Shown piece after piece: positions 1 to 14,389 of a stretch of 64,000 bases of DNA. The stretch's first letter is position 1. Every line of letters starts with the position of its first letter. Both the position numbers and the translations under genes were made by a program. The notes beneath the pieces are model-generated. The model searched no databases. It was not told the DNA's origin and saw nothing but the letters and a program-made list of their open reading frames with translations. The stretch comes from Calcarisporiella thermophila CBS 279.70 (taxonomy: Eukaryota; Fungi; Calcarisporiellomycota): the NCBI RefSeq assembly GCF_041956535.1, contig NW_027192194.1:485011-549010 (forward strand), read 5' to 3'.

Positions 1-1812
1 TCGCAAGATCCCGGGGCCTAGAGGTCTCCCCATCATCGGAAATCTGTGGCGCGCCCTCTCGTCCCGCGATCGCTCGCTGGATGCTATCATGGAGAACTGG
101 CGCCTCTACGGCCCTGTCATGACCTTCACATTCCCCTTCGCTCCCCGGATCATCACCATCAACGAGGTGGAGCTGGTGGAGCACGTTCTCAAGACCAACT
201 TCCAGAACTACGTCAAGGGTCCTCGATCCCATACCATCCTGTTGCCCCTACTAGGCGAGGGAATCTTCAACACGGTAAGCCCCCTCCCCCAAGCTCTGAT
301 GCCGCCTTCGGCTATTCGGTTTTTCCTCCCCTCTGCTCCATTCCCATGTTAACTTATGTAACTCACCCCGATCCTTCGGTTTTCTATTCTAGAATGGCGA
401 ACCCTGGAAAATTCAACGAAAGACGGTAAGTTCTAGCATGAATCTGAGTGGATTTAAGTTGGGGAGGCTAAACTCTATGCTGGGATTCCCGCATGCTTAG
501 GCTTCGCATATTTTCAATGTCAAAGTGTTCCGTGAGTTGGTCACGGGTGTCTTCCGGGAGGAGAGCGCGGAGGTGGCCGCCATCCTGGACAAGGTGGCCG
601 ACACCGGAGAGGACATCAACCTCAGCGATCTCTTCTTCCGCTTCACGCTAGACACCTTCGGCCTACTCTCGTTCGGCACTTCCTTCCAGTGCCTCGAGCG
701 GCCCCATGACCCCGTACCCTTTGCCGTTGCCTTCGACTATGTCCAGACCCAGCTCGACTTGCGCTTCAGCGACTCGTTCTACCCCATCCGTGAATTCCTG
801 ACGGGCGCTCGCTGGAAGATCAACAACGCCGTGAAATTGATGGACGAGTTTGCCTACAAGATTATTGAAGAGCGTCGCAAGATAGTTTCGGAGGGAACCA
901 GCTCCCACCGGAAGAAAGACCTGTTGGACTTGTTCTTGGAATACCGCAGCGAGAACGGAGAGGGTCTCTCGGACAAAGAGCTTCGCGACGTGGTCTTGAA
1001 CTTTATCATTGCTGGTAAGCCCTTTTCCCCTGAATAACGCGCAAGCGATGATGTTCCTCTCCTCTAACCTCTTATGGCTTCGCACGCAGGCCGTGACACG
1101 ACAGCCCAGCAACTCTCATGGCAATACCTTATAATGATGCAGCGCCCCGATATCCAAAAGAAGGTTCGCGAGGAGATCATGAAGGTTGGTCCCGATTCGA
1201 TCAACTACGACTCGCTGCGCACCATGCACTATAGCTTGAGCGTCTTTAACGAAAGCCTGCGCCTGTATCCCCCGGTTCCCAAGAACGCAAAGTTTGCCGT
1301 GGAGGATGATGTGTTGCCCAATGGAATCAAGGTGAAAGCTGGCGAGTTGGTCGCCTTCAGCACATACGCCATGGGCCGAAGCGAAAAGATTTGGGGCAAG
1401 GATGCGTCCGAATTCAACCCTGAGCGCTGGCTGGAACGGGATGAGAACCAGGAAATCACTGGCGTCAAGAAGGAATCCACCTTCAAATTCTCCTCTTTCA
1501 ATGCGGGCCCTCGTCTTTGGTAAGCGTCTATTTCTATTGAGCGCCCTTTTATGCAGCAAGCTTATTTCCTCCCCCCCCCCCCCTTCCCCTCGCAATCCTT
1601 TTTCCAATCATGATAGCCTTGGCCAAACCTTCGCCACACTCGAGTCTTTGCTCTTGACCTCACAATTGCTCTCCAAGTACGAGTTTGAGCTCTCGCCCCG
1701 CTTCATTGAACAGGAGAAGAACGCAAAAGAGCCCCTCTATGGCACTTCTCTCACCCTCCCCATGCGCCGTCCCCTTTGGGTGCGGGTGCGTAGACTTCAA
1801 TCCAAGAACTAA
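1..1812 (+). CDS. Cytochrome P450 resembling CYP52/CYP86/CYP704-type fatty-acid/alkane hydroxylases; 5'-truncated; exons <1-274, 393-425, 501-1014, 1090-1519, 1617-1812
   Basis: Spliced protein has the PGPRGLPIIGNL hinge, GEGIFNTNGEPWKIQRK, I-helix AGRDTT, ExxR (ESLR), PERW and heme motif FNAGPRLC|LG (split by an intron). GT-AG introns keep the frame. Confidence 0.95.
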
Positions 1813-2113
1813 ACTCCACTCCACCCCCCCACACATACCCAAAGCTAAAAAGCAACTTTACCTCTCTGGCTATATACTCCAATGGTACTTCATTGAAGCT
1901 ATTTCCCTACTTTTCCTATATTCCTAATTATTTTTTCGATGTATATATACTTAGCGAAGGTTCTTCCTTTTGATTTATTTGATATTTTATGATTCATCTA
2001 TTCGAATCTATGTAATAAAGTGATGGAATGGCGATACTGGGTAAATCCCACAAAGACGTGAAATATTACAAAAGAAGATTGAATGCATTTCTTCCACTAT
2101 TTTGGCGTTGACT

Positions 2114-4692
2114 CTAAGCCTCCCCCACATTTTCCAAAAGAGCAAAAAGATTGTCCTGAGGAATACCTTTTTCCTTCGCTTCTTCTTCTTCCTCGGAATC
2201 TTGCCGCCATTCCTCCTCCTCTTCCTTTCCTTTGATGTTTCCCTCCTCCCTTGATGCTTTCTCTTTGGTATTTCCCTTGTGTTCCCCATTCAAGACCCGG
2301 AGTTTCAAATATCGGTTGGTGGTGAAGAATCCAGGGGGCTTGAAAGTGAGTAGGATGCGACCGTCATTGGCCAGACGCAGGATCAGGTTCGCCGCACGAT
2401 ACACATCAGGTCTTGCTGCTTTGGATGTGAAGAAGCCGCGGGCTTGAGCAAAAGCTAAGTGGAAGAGAAAGTCGTGTTAAATTTTTCGTCCTAGCCCTGG
2501 ATGAACAAAGACAAAAGTTACCTTCACAAATGGCCCAAGCAGACCACTGATAATCTGGGGGATCGAGCCCAAGGATTGCCTCAAGAGGGACTCTTTCGGC
2601 CTGTTGGATGTGGGAGATAGAATGTGTGGATATGTGCATGTGAGTGTCAAGACTATACAGGAAGAAGAAGAAGCCCCATTATTACCAAAAATTGGATGAT
2701 ACTGTACGGCTCCTGCACCTGTGCAATCGGATACATTCCTGAGAGAACTTGGAGAGGTCGAGGCAGGAGACTGGGAAAGACAAGACCGGGGCTGTCACAA
2801 AGGCGGACATTGGAGGTCAAATGAATTGTTTGAAAATGCTTCGTATGCCCTGGTGGAAACAATCTAGTTTAGGCGAGAATGACAAAATTGGGTGAAGTTT
2901 GGGATTACCAGGAGTTCGGCTTGCACTTACGACAGACTTGCCCATGATCGAGTTAATAAGAGAACTTTTTCCGACATTAGGGTGACCTAAAGGTTGAATC
3001 GATGAGTGGCGTTTCTCTTTTGAATTTTAACAGCTATCCAGCAAAAAATTAATCAAAACATACCAATCAATCCGATGGTAATCATACTCTCGTGCGGCAC
3101 ATGTATTTTTCCTTCCATGCTGTTGTCTCCCGATTCTTCACCTAAGTACCGATGGTGGCTTCTAGTCAATGCTCAAAATACATTAACCAAATAAGGTATA
3201 ACTTCACCATTGGCTGCATCCAACGAGCCTGTTTGTACTCCCGCGAGTTCTACCTCTTCTTCCTCCTGATCCTCCTCATCCTGCTCCTCCTCTGACGAGT
3301 CCACCACCACATGTTCCTTCTTGTATCGCCGTATAATCTCCTCCCAGTCGACGCCAACCCCTTGTTTCTCGACATGGACATCCTTGCAAGCTGTCAACAC
3401 CTCTTTCACTCCATAAGCTTGATAGTATCTTTTGCGAGGCCGTTTTACCCGATTTTTCAATGCGTCTGTAGCATACAATATTGGCTCAGCATGAACAGGA
3501 TGAATTGCATCAGCAGCTTTTCCTTACATCCAGCCGTATCATCCAACAGTTTCTCATCCCGCGGGTAACAGCTGAAATGAGCGATATGGAGGCCGGGAAA
3601 CTTCTCCTCGAAATATTTCGTCCACGCAAACAAAGTTGCATCGGAAACCAGGTCACACTAATATTGTGACAAAGCAACATTAGTTTCGATGGGTCTTTAG
3701 ACAGAAACAGAGAATAAGTAGGATCGTGTACCTTGTTGAAAACCACCACCATCTTTCGCCGCAGCTCGTTTATCACATAATCATAAAGGGCCGGTGGAAA
3801 ATGCAACACCGGATGGCGAATGTCAACCAACAAGAGCAGGACGTCGCTCATTTCCAATACTCTCCACCTATCCAGAATGAATGATTGCTTCAATAACAAT
3901 GTCCCTCACGCGAGCCATGACATAGAGTGTACAAACAGCTGTCTCCACACTTCCAAATTGTGTTCGAAGAAGCTCAGGCGCTCCACCGGGTATCGGGCAT
4001 AGATCCCTTCCAGCCATCCCTGGAAATAGGTAGCTTCACGCTCGTCAAGCTCGTCTTTGGTCATAGAGAATGACCAGGCGGGACGGGTCGGGAATGTGAT
4101 AGTCTCTGGATAAACCTCCTCGAATGAAACCTCTAGTGCAGACTAAAATAATAAAATACCATTATTATGCCATGTTTATGGATAATTGCGTCGAAAAAAT
4201 AGAAAGCCGTCGAGAGCAATTAAAAAGTATATTTTGTATTTACCAGTGGAAGACGCCGAAAAGGCTTCATACTCTGCCGCCGTGATTTTTCGATAATTGC
4301 CGGCGGTAGCCTCTCAAACACAGATGCATGTCTATTCGACGGATTGGTATTGTGTGTAATATGTGGTGTGTGTTTTTGCCGTGGAACAGCGGATGGACGC
4401 GAATGTGCATTTTCATTGACTTGGCCCTGGTTCAAATGAAAGGATCCCGGCTCACTATCACTGGAATCAGATTCCACTGCGGTAATCGCAGAAGTGTCTG
4501 GGGTTGGTTTGAACGAGAAACGGTCTCCTGACCAGGCTTCGTTTTTGGGTTAATAAATAAAGAGGTCAGCCATGAGATTTATGAGAATTTTGCAACCGAT
4601 TGGAATTTACGTTTTTCCGCTTTCTTAGCCCGCTTCTCCTGCAGCTGCCGTTTCTTTTGCTTTGCGCTGAATGGTTTTCTACGATGATGCAT
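2114..4692 (-). CDS. GNL1: GNL1-like circularly permuted GTPase (YlqF/Lsg1 family), multi-exon
   Basis: N-terminus MHHRRKPFSAKQKKRQLQEKR; FEHNLEVWRQLWRVLE; DIRHP; NKVD; G1 GHPNVGKSS; TPGHTKHFQT; DSPGLVFPS; YRAANLILR; acidic C-terminal tail. Confidence 0.9.
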
Positions 4693-4988
4693 TTCATTGA
4701 ATGCAGAAACGCCAGTTGAACTGACAAGAAAAAAGTGGCAATCTGTGACTCGGTTTTGAGAGAGGTTGCTATATTGGCTAGAAAACTAAGAAATTTTATT
4801 TCTTTAATCTTCTAAAAAGCAATTGATATTGTTCAAAAAATTTCAACAGAGGATGAATCAAATTGCTATCTAGTGAGATAACCAGAATGTGAGGGAAATA
4901 CTACAAAAAAAAAGGTAAAAAACTCAAAAAAAAAGACCCAATTTCAACTTTTTTTAAATAAAAAAAGGTAATATGCCAAGCTTAGTAT

Positions 4989-8461
<3,473 letters not shown>

Positions 8462-11344
8462 GTTGAGAGGAACTTTTCAGTTTTTCTTCGATGAAAGCTG
8501 TTTCCTCAAGGATGTCAGGATGTTGAAGTAAGCGCGTAGGAGGCCTGGGACCTGTAACTCGAATGTTTTCTTTGAATGAACTGCGCCATTTCTAATTTCA
8601 TTTTTAGTCATCTCAGGTGAAGGCTGGACAGATTATTATTCAAGTAATTCTCTTAATGGCAACTAAATTGGGTGATTATTTTCCTTTCTGGCTCTTGAAT
8701 AATAATGCGGGATAAGTTTCCATTTTAAATTAACGACATTTTACTTCACACTATGAAATAATTATGACTAGTGCATAAAGTTCTTGAATTTGACCCTAGG
8801 CTACACTCACAACCTCAGGTGTACCAGCGACCTGCACAGTTACACTCTTTCTCTTGAAAGACATGCTCAAGCTACAGGGTGGAACATTCAAACAAAATGA
8901 TGCATCTATTAGTTATTTGAACACCCACCTGAAAGACCAATCGAATGTAGTGATATCTTTTTATAAAATTCAACCACCCAGATCCTAGCATAAAGAAATT
9001 TTGTAGGAATAGAATGGTTGATCTCCATTGTCCAAGGGAATAACCTATACGACAAAATGAGAGCAATTCGAACAATTGTCTAGGCCGCACAGCTGGGCTT
9101 CCGTGCTAGGCCGATGTGCCATGAATTAGCGATCCCATAGAGAAATGGGCAATGAGGGCAATCTGCTGGAGCCTGTCTCATTGACTTTAGGTTCTGGAGG
9201 GTCTTTAATGATATTAAAGACTATACTATAACCCAACCTAGCTCCAGGTGCCAACGACGTCGAATCTTGATAGAGAGGGTATACTAAAGTTATCCCATGT
9301 AATGAGCAAGTTGCAGTAACGATTTGCCCAATCGGTCTTTTTTGGAGTGGTTGATTGCAACTTCATGATGTGCCGATAGCTTATATGGAATATATATTGA
9401 AAAGCATGCGCCAAGTTCACATCTGTATTATCCATAGTTCTGATCGAGGCGATCTGCCTAGCTTTGGGAAGGAGAGAAACATCGCGGACTTTTTATGGAC
9501 ACAATGGAAATCGGTATAATGTTTGGCTAAACCACCGCCTAATTACTTTACCCGCTCATAAAAGGTTTCCTATAATATAAAAAATCACTCTCTACTCGCA
9601 TAAAATTTTACCAACACAAGCATGCAGTACGAGGGGATACCATATAAAAAATCTGCATCAAGAATGTATTTGCTCTCTATTGGACCATTTATGATACCGG
9701 AAGTATTCAAAGTATTCACGATCCGTCTTACCCCTCGTTTGTAGCGTAGACCCCGTTTGTTTCCGCCGAATGAGTGAATATGAACTCACTCTTCTGGCGT
9801 CGTTAACTTTAGCTCGGGGTTGTATTATATCAGGCTATTTTCTGGATAGGTAGTCCGCAGTATTTCATGGCAATCACACCACCTACTAATTTCAACTCAA
9901 TTCATATTACCATCAATTTCGCTAAGCTCTCGTACTGGGGAAAAGTTTGTTTGTAGTCAATTGGGAAATGCATTTTTGGGATTCTACTATGCTTAGTGAG
10001 GCTGCTCAGCGGTATGGTTGTATAGGAAGCTAAAAGAAGCGCTTTGCGCATCGAGGCTTAGGTATGGCTTGCATTGTGTTGATGTTTGCCGATTCAAAAG
10101 CTAGGGAGATTAAAGTAAAATGAATAAAGACTGCGGGCCAAGATCTAAGCGCAAATTTTTATTGGACTCTAATATGTACGTAGAGAAAATACATTAAAAT
10201 GTCAGCACAGAGAGAGCCTTAGTGGCACTAAATTTTTCTTTGTGTTCAATTTAATTAACGTATTAATGGTTTATTGAACGTCCTCCAACTACAGAATCTT
10301 TTAGATGAAATCATAATGTTCAATGTAACAGCATGGCTGGCACTGGTTATCGCGTGCGTAAGAGCTCATAATGTTTCTGTTACAGATGCTAAATCCAATA
10401 TACTTATCATAAAGATCAAGTACAAAGAATGGAAATCTAACAGAGCATTGAAATTGCTTGAATCTATGCACTGAATAGTAGAGAATTTTTATACCTTTCA
10501 GGCTGCTCTCCCGGGTATATTCTATTAATTCTTAACCATAAGATGCGAGCAGCAGTATAAGAAAATTCCTATCAGGGCTCTCCATTGCCTCGAGATCCTT
10601 TAGGCTTCAATAACGAGAGTACTAGATGTTCGACATGAACATCTTGGCAGATTGGTTTCTAGTTGCAATTCCAGTCGATGAAGCAACATTTAAAACCGAC
10701 AAGAAGTGTGTGCCAAACATCCTGTAATTAACAGAGTCAAAGAGTCATCGCCAAGCATTGCTCAAAAGAAGACACGGTTGGCAGTTTGAGATTAGGAGAA
10801 ACATCTCTTGGTATTTTAAAGAAAGCTTCTAGAAACTTGGAGAAGTCTTCTTCACTTAAAGCATTTCCGTGCTATTCTTTCTGTAGAGAGCAGAGAAGCA
10901 AAGCTCCGTCGTTGTATTGGTATTTCAATTACTCGGAGCAGAGTGGCGCCATCATCTAGAAAAGCAAGTCTGAGGGCGAATCTGGAGCTGCAGCGCTTGG
11001 TTGTAGAGGAGATGTCAATATGTGGTGCAGCAACCCATATTAGGAAAAATGAGAAAGAGAACTTAAGAAAACTTCCGGATTTTGTCGGATAGAATAAACT
11101 CCCAAGATGACCAACCGGCGTTTTTCCATCGCCCGCGGAAAATGGCTTAAATTGCTGCTGACCAACGATTTCGCCTGATTAATTTAAAACTTTACCTTGG
11201 CTTCTATTTATAAGATCCACCCTTATAAATCCACTTATATAAAATTCATCCCCTTCACACCCTGCCCATCTTCCTTCCACTTTTTCACAACGTCCCTCTA
11301 CGCAATCCTCATCTGTCTCCATCTCTCAACTTCTGTTATACACC

Positions 11345-12346
11345 ATGTTATCCGGATATTCTCCCCTTCCCTCTTCTCCCACCTCCCGGCAGCGTCGGCC
11401 TGCTGTCCGTAGACACTCATCACGCTACGACCCAATGGCATCATCGATGATGCAAAAGTCGTCCGACACCCGATCCTTGCCTCATCAACGAGCAAATCTA
11501 CCTTCGATCTCTGCTCATCTTAGCTCCTCCCACGTCAATCCAGATGCTTCCGGCCTTGTCGATATTGCCACCGCGATAATAAAATCCGCTTGGCCTGAGT
11601 CGTCGGTCTCTACCCAATCCTCGAGGTTAATCCCTCTGCATCAATTCATCGAGGTGTCTCTACGTCGCAGCCATAGCACATTTGCGGTGTTCCAGCTTGC
11701 ACTGCTGTATCTTTTTCGCGTCAAAGGCCGGTTGGATTCACACATCAGCGATTTGCCAAGCCAACTTCAATGCGGGCGTCGCATTTTTGTTGGTTGCCTG
11801 ATCCTTGCGAACAAGTATCTTCAGGATAGAAACTACTCGAATAAGGCTTGGTCGAAAATCGTTGGGCTGCCCAAATCAGAAGTCAACCAGCTCGAGATCT
11901 CAATGCTTCAGCTGTTGGATTGGAAGCTCTTTGTGGGAGTAGACATATTTTTGCGGTGGAGTCGAATGCTGATGATGCAAAGTCGGTTGCTAAGAAGCCA
12001 TCGCTTACACCAATCTATATTCGAATCTCCTGTCCAAACTGCCCTACCCCCTCCGTCGCTTTTGCCCTCTCCTACTTCCTCACCCTCCCAATCTCCTTCA
12101 TGCACTGTATCATTTATATCCGATGGAGGGGAGAGAGTCTCAATGCCCTCGCCTGCATCGTCAGTTTCGTCCGCTATGTCCTCCAACTGGTCTGCTCAGT
12201 CCAGAGCACTCTGTACTCCACAGCTCCCGGACGCATTCACACCCAAATATCCTAGTCCCCTTACTCAGGAGAGCACCTTCTTTCCCAAAACACATCGTAT
12301 TGTGCCTCAATATTCTCTTCCGACGTCTTCGGCCCTTAATTTTTAA
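11345..12346 (+). CDS. Pho80/Pcl-family cyclin (Pcl5/Pas1/Clg1-like), intronless
   Basis: Cyclin box LRRSHST...QLALLYL...CGRRIFVGCLILANKYLQDRNYSNKAWSKIVGL...NQLE...LDWKL; S/P-rich PEST-like C-terminus. Confidence 0.9.
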   Translation: MLSGYSPLPSSPTSRQRRPAVRRHSSRYDPMASSMMQKSSDTRSLPHQRANLPSISAHLSSSHVNPDASGLVDIATAIIKSAWPESSVSTQSSRLIPLHQFIEVSLRRSHSTFAVFQLALLYLFRVKGRLDSHISDLPSQLQCGRRIFVGCLILANKYLQDRNYSNKAWSKIVGLPKSEVNQLEISMLQLLDWKLFVGVDIFLRWSRMLMMQSRLLRSHRLHQSIFESPVQTALPPPSLLPSPTSSPSQSPSCTVSFISDGGERVSMPSPASSVSSAMSSNWSAQSRALCTPQLPDAFTPKYPSPLTQESTFFPKTHRIVPQYSLPTSSALNF

Positions 12347-13602
12347 ATACTCGCCGGGCTCTATCGGATGTATAGATTTTGGTCAACTGTATAGACATTT
12401 TCTTCACCCTTGACTCAACTGCATTTGGTATTGTTATTGGTATTTTCATTGTGCACTTCTTAGAGAAACCCTTTCAGCATTTTGGTATTTCTTTAGAATA
12501 CACTGGCTGTGTAAATATTCACTTGCCCCTATTAATAGGGCTTATTTCATCAATCTATTTATTTTTCTTCACTTTTTTTATTCTCAACCCGATCACCCCC
12601 TTTATTTTTATTACTAAAGCATGACACTAATAAATTTTAATCCTGATAATTTAATTTTATTTTCATGGGAAGAAACTCCAAGTTCTTTGGCTAAGCTAAG
12701 GCTCTAACCCTCCCATTATCATGAGGCTATGTTGCAGTGCTGTGCTAGGTAGCTCAGAAGAAAAGAAATGAAAAGAAAAGAAAATAGCATATGAAAAAAA
12801 AGGAAATACAAAAGGAAGAAGTGATGTTCTGAAGTAGTCACAATTAATTAAAGCTCCTTCAATAAAAGAATATTCCTAAATTCTCTCACTTGTGAGAGAA
12901 AGAGGAAATCTGCGAGAACTGAATTAAACTTTTAAGGCTGACGTTAAATTTTTTCAGAGGTGAGTGCTTGATAGCGGAGAGAAAGGGGGAATGCAATGGG
13001 ATCAAAGTGAGCTTCCTCCGATGGTCTAGGGATGAGCTCAACATTTAAAAAAAAAAAAGCCCAGCTCAAAACTCGGGTGAGAGTCCCCTTAATCTATAAA
13101 TAAAACAACCAAAAATGTATATTTTGCTGAGAACTTGAGCTTGGGACCCCAAGTTGGGGACTACCCTGTTATACTTGAGCATAAAGTAAACGATATGATA
13201 GCAAAAACAATATATCCCTTCACTGCGAATCTCAAAGAAGGGATATAATGGCGGTACTAAATTGCCATTGGTGTATCCGCTCAAACTGGTAATCAGCTTT
13301 GCCCAAACTCCTGTTTAGAGCCAACATCAGGCCCATTGCATAATACAAAAAAGTTAATAGATCTTGCACGCACTTAAGAGATTCTAAAGTAACAGGCGAT
13401 AAATCATGAATGAATTATTATGAGAAAGAAGATAAAACACAAATAATATAGAAAAAAAAAATGGCAAAGAAAAGATAAATAGTGTTAAATCTGACTATAT
13501 GTTCCTTTGTACTGGACCTTACAATTATTTTATTGAATTATAAAGCGACGTAGAGGAAATAAAGGGCTAGCCTCTTGTTCTTGAAAAAGGAACAACATCA
13601 TC

Positions 13603-14389
13603 CTAATAGAAGAGGGTCGCATTAGAGGGGACTTCAAAGTCGATCTCATCACGGCGAACACGGCCACCACGCTGACGATTACCACCAGCGACACGACGCC
13701 CACCACGCTGTTGACCGCGGTTGAATTGGCCACGATTTCCCTGACCTCTATTTCCTTGAACTCGGTTTCCTTGACCTCGGTTTCCTTGACCTCGGTTTCC
13801 TTGAACTCGGTTTCCGCCAGCTCCACGGTTTCCAACAATGCGAACATCGGCACAGTTGAGATATGGTTTAGCCGGCAACACTGCAAGCCACCGATAGCGC
13901 ATAGTGCACTTGTTGCAAGTCACTCCTTGCGGCAACTGGAGAGTACGACTGAAGTCTCCGACAGTCTTGGCGCAGTCATTGACCTTGAGGAGCTGTTGGA
14001 ACCTTCCGTTGTCACCATTGGGAGAGAGCTCGAAGAAGCAAGGGCCATCATGGGCGATGGAGATATGCCATTTAACCTGAACTTGCTGTCCGGCTTGGAA
14101 AGTGGTCTTCACTTGACCGGGAGGACTGCCACCGCAAGGGAAGTTCTCCGTGGGACCTTCGGTGTTAATGAAGTCATTGCGGGCAGAATCACCGGGTTTA
14201 ATACGGATCGCAGGGAACGTCTAGAGATTGAATATTGAACAAACATTATTCATACCGATCATGATCCGGACCAGGGGGGACATAAATGTAGCTTACCATA
14301 CGACCGTGAGCAGATACAAAAGACGGGGCCAGCCCAAAAAGGAAGAAGAAGCTGACAGCAGCAGAAAGGAACGTACTCTTGAGTGCCAT
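13603..14389 (-). CDS. Secreted LPMO-like (AA11-like) copper protein, 236 aa; exons 14389-14297 and 14220-13603
   Basis: Signal peptide MALKSTFLSAAVSFFFLFGLAPSFVSA followed by His1 (HGRM|TFP); FPCGG; second His in IAHDGPCFFELS; CNKCTMRYRW; YLNCADV. The GTAAGC...TAG intron is phase 0. Confidence 0.85.
13736..13833. repeat. 15-bp tandem repeat (TTTCCTTGACCTCGG-like, about 6 copies) encoding GNRGQ/GNRVQ pentapeptides in the LPMO tail
   Basis: Directly visible: tttccttgaactcgg tttccttgacctcgg tttccttgacctcgg tttccttgaactcgg, with degenerate copies on either side. Confidence 0.95.

Noticed and set aside
8872-9435. Short minus-strand ORFs; LGSGWLNFIKRYH faintly resembles a pogo/Fot1 transposase motif
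   Set aside because: No DDE domain, terminal inverted repeats or target-site duplication visible; match too short.
13530-14238. ORFs with ETEVK or SVSLT repeats
   Set aside because: Alternative-frame and antisense readings of the same 15-bp repeat in the LPMO gene.
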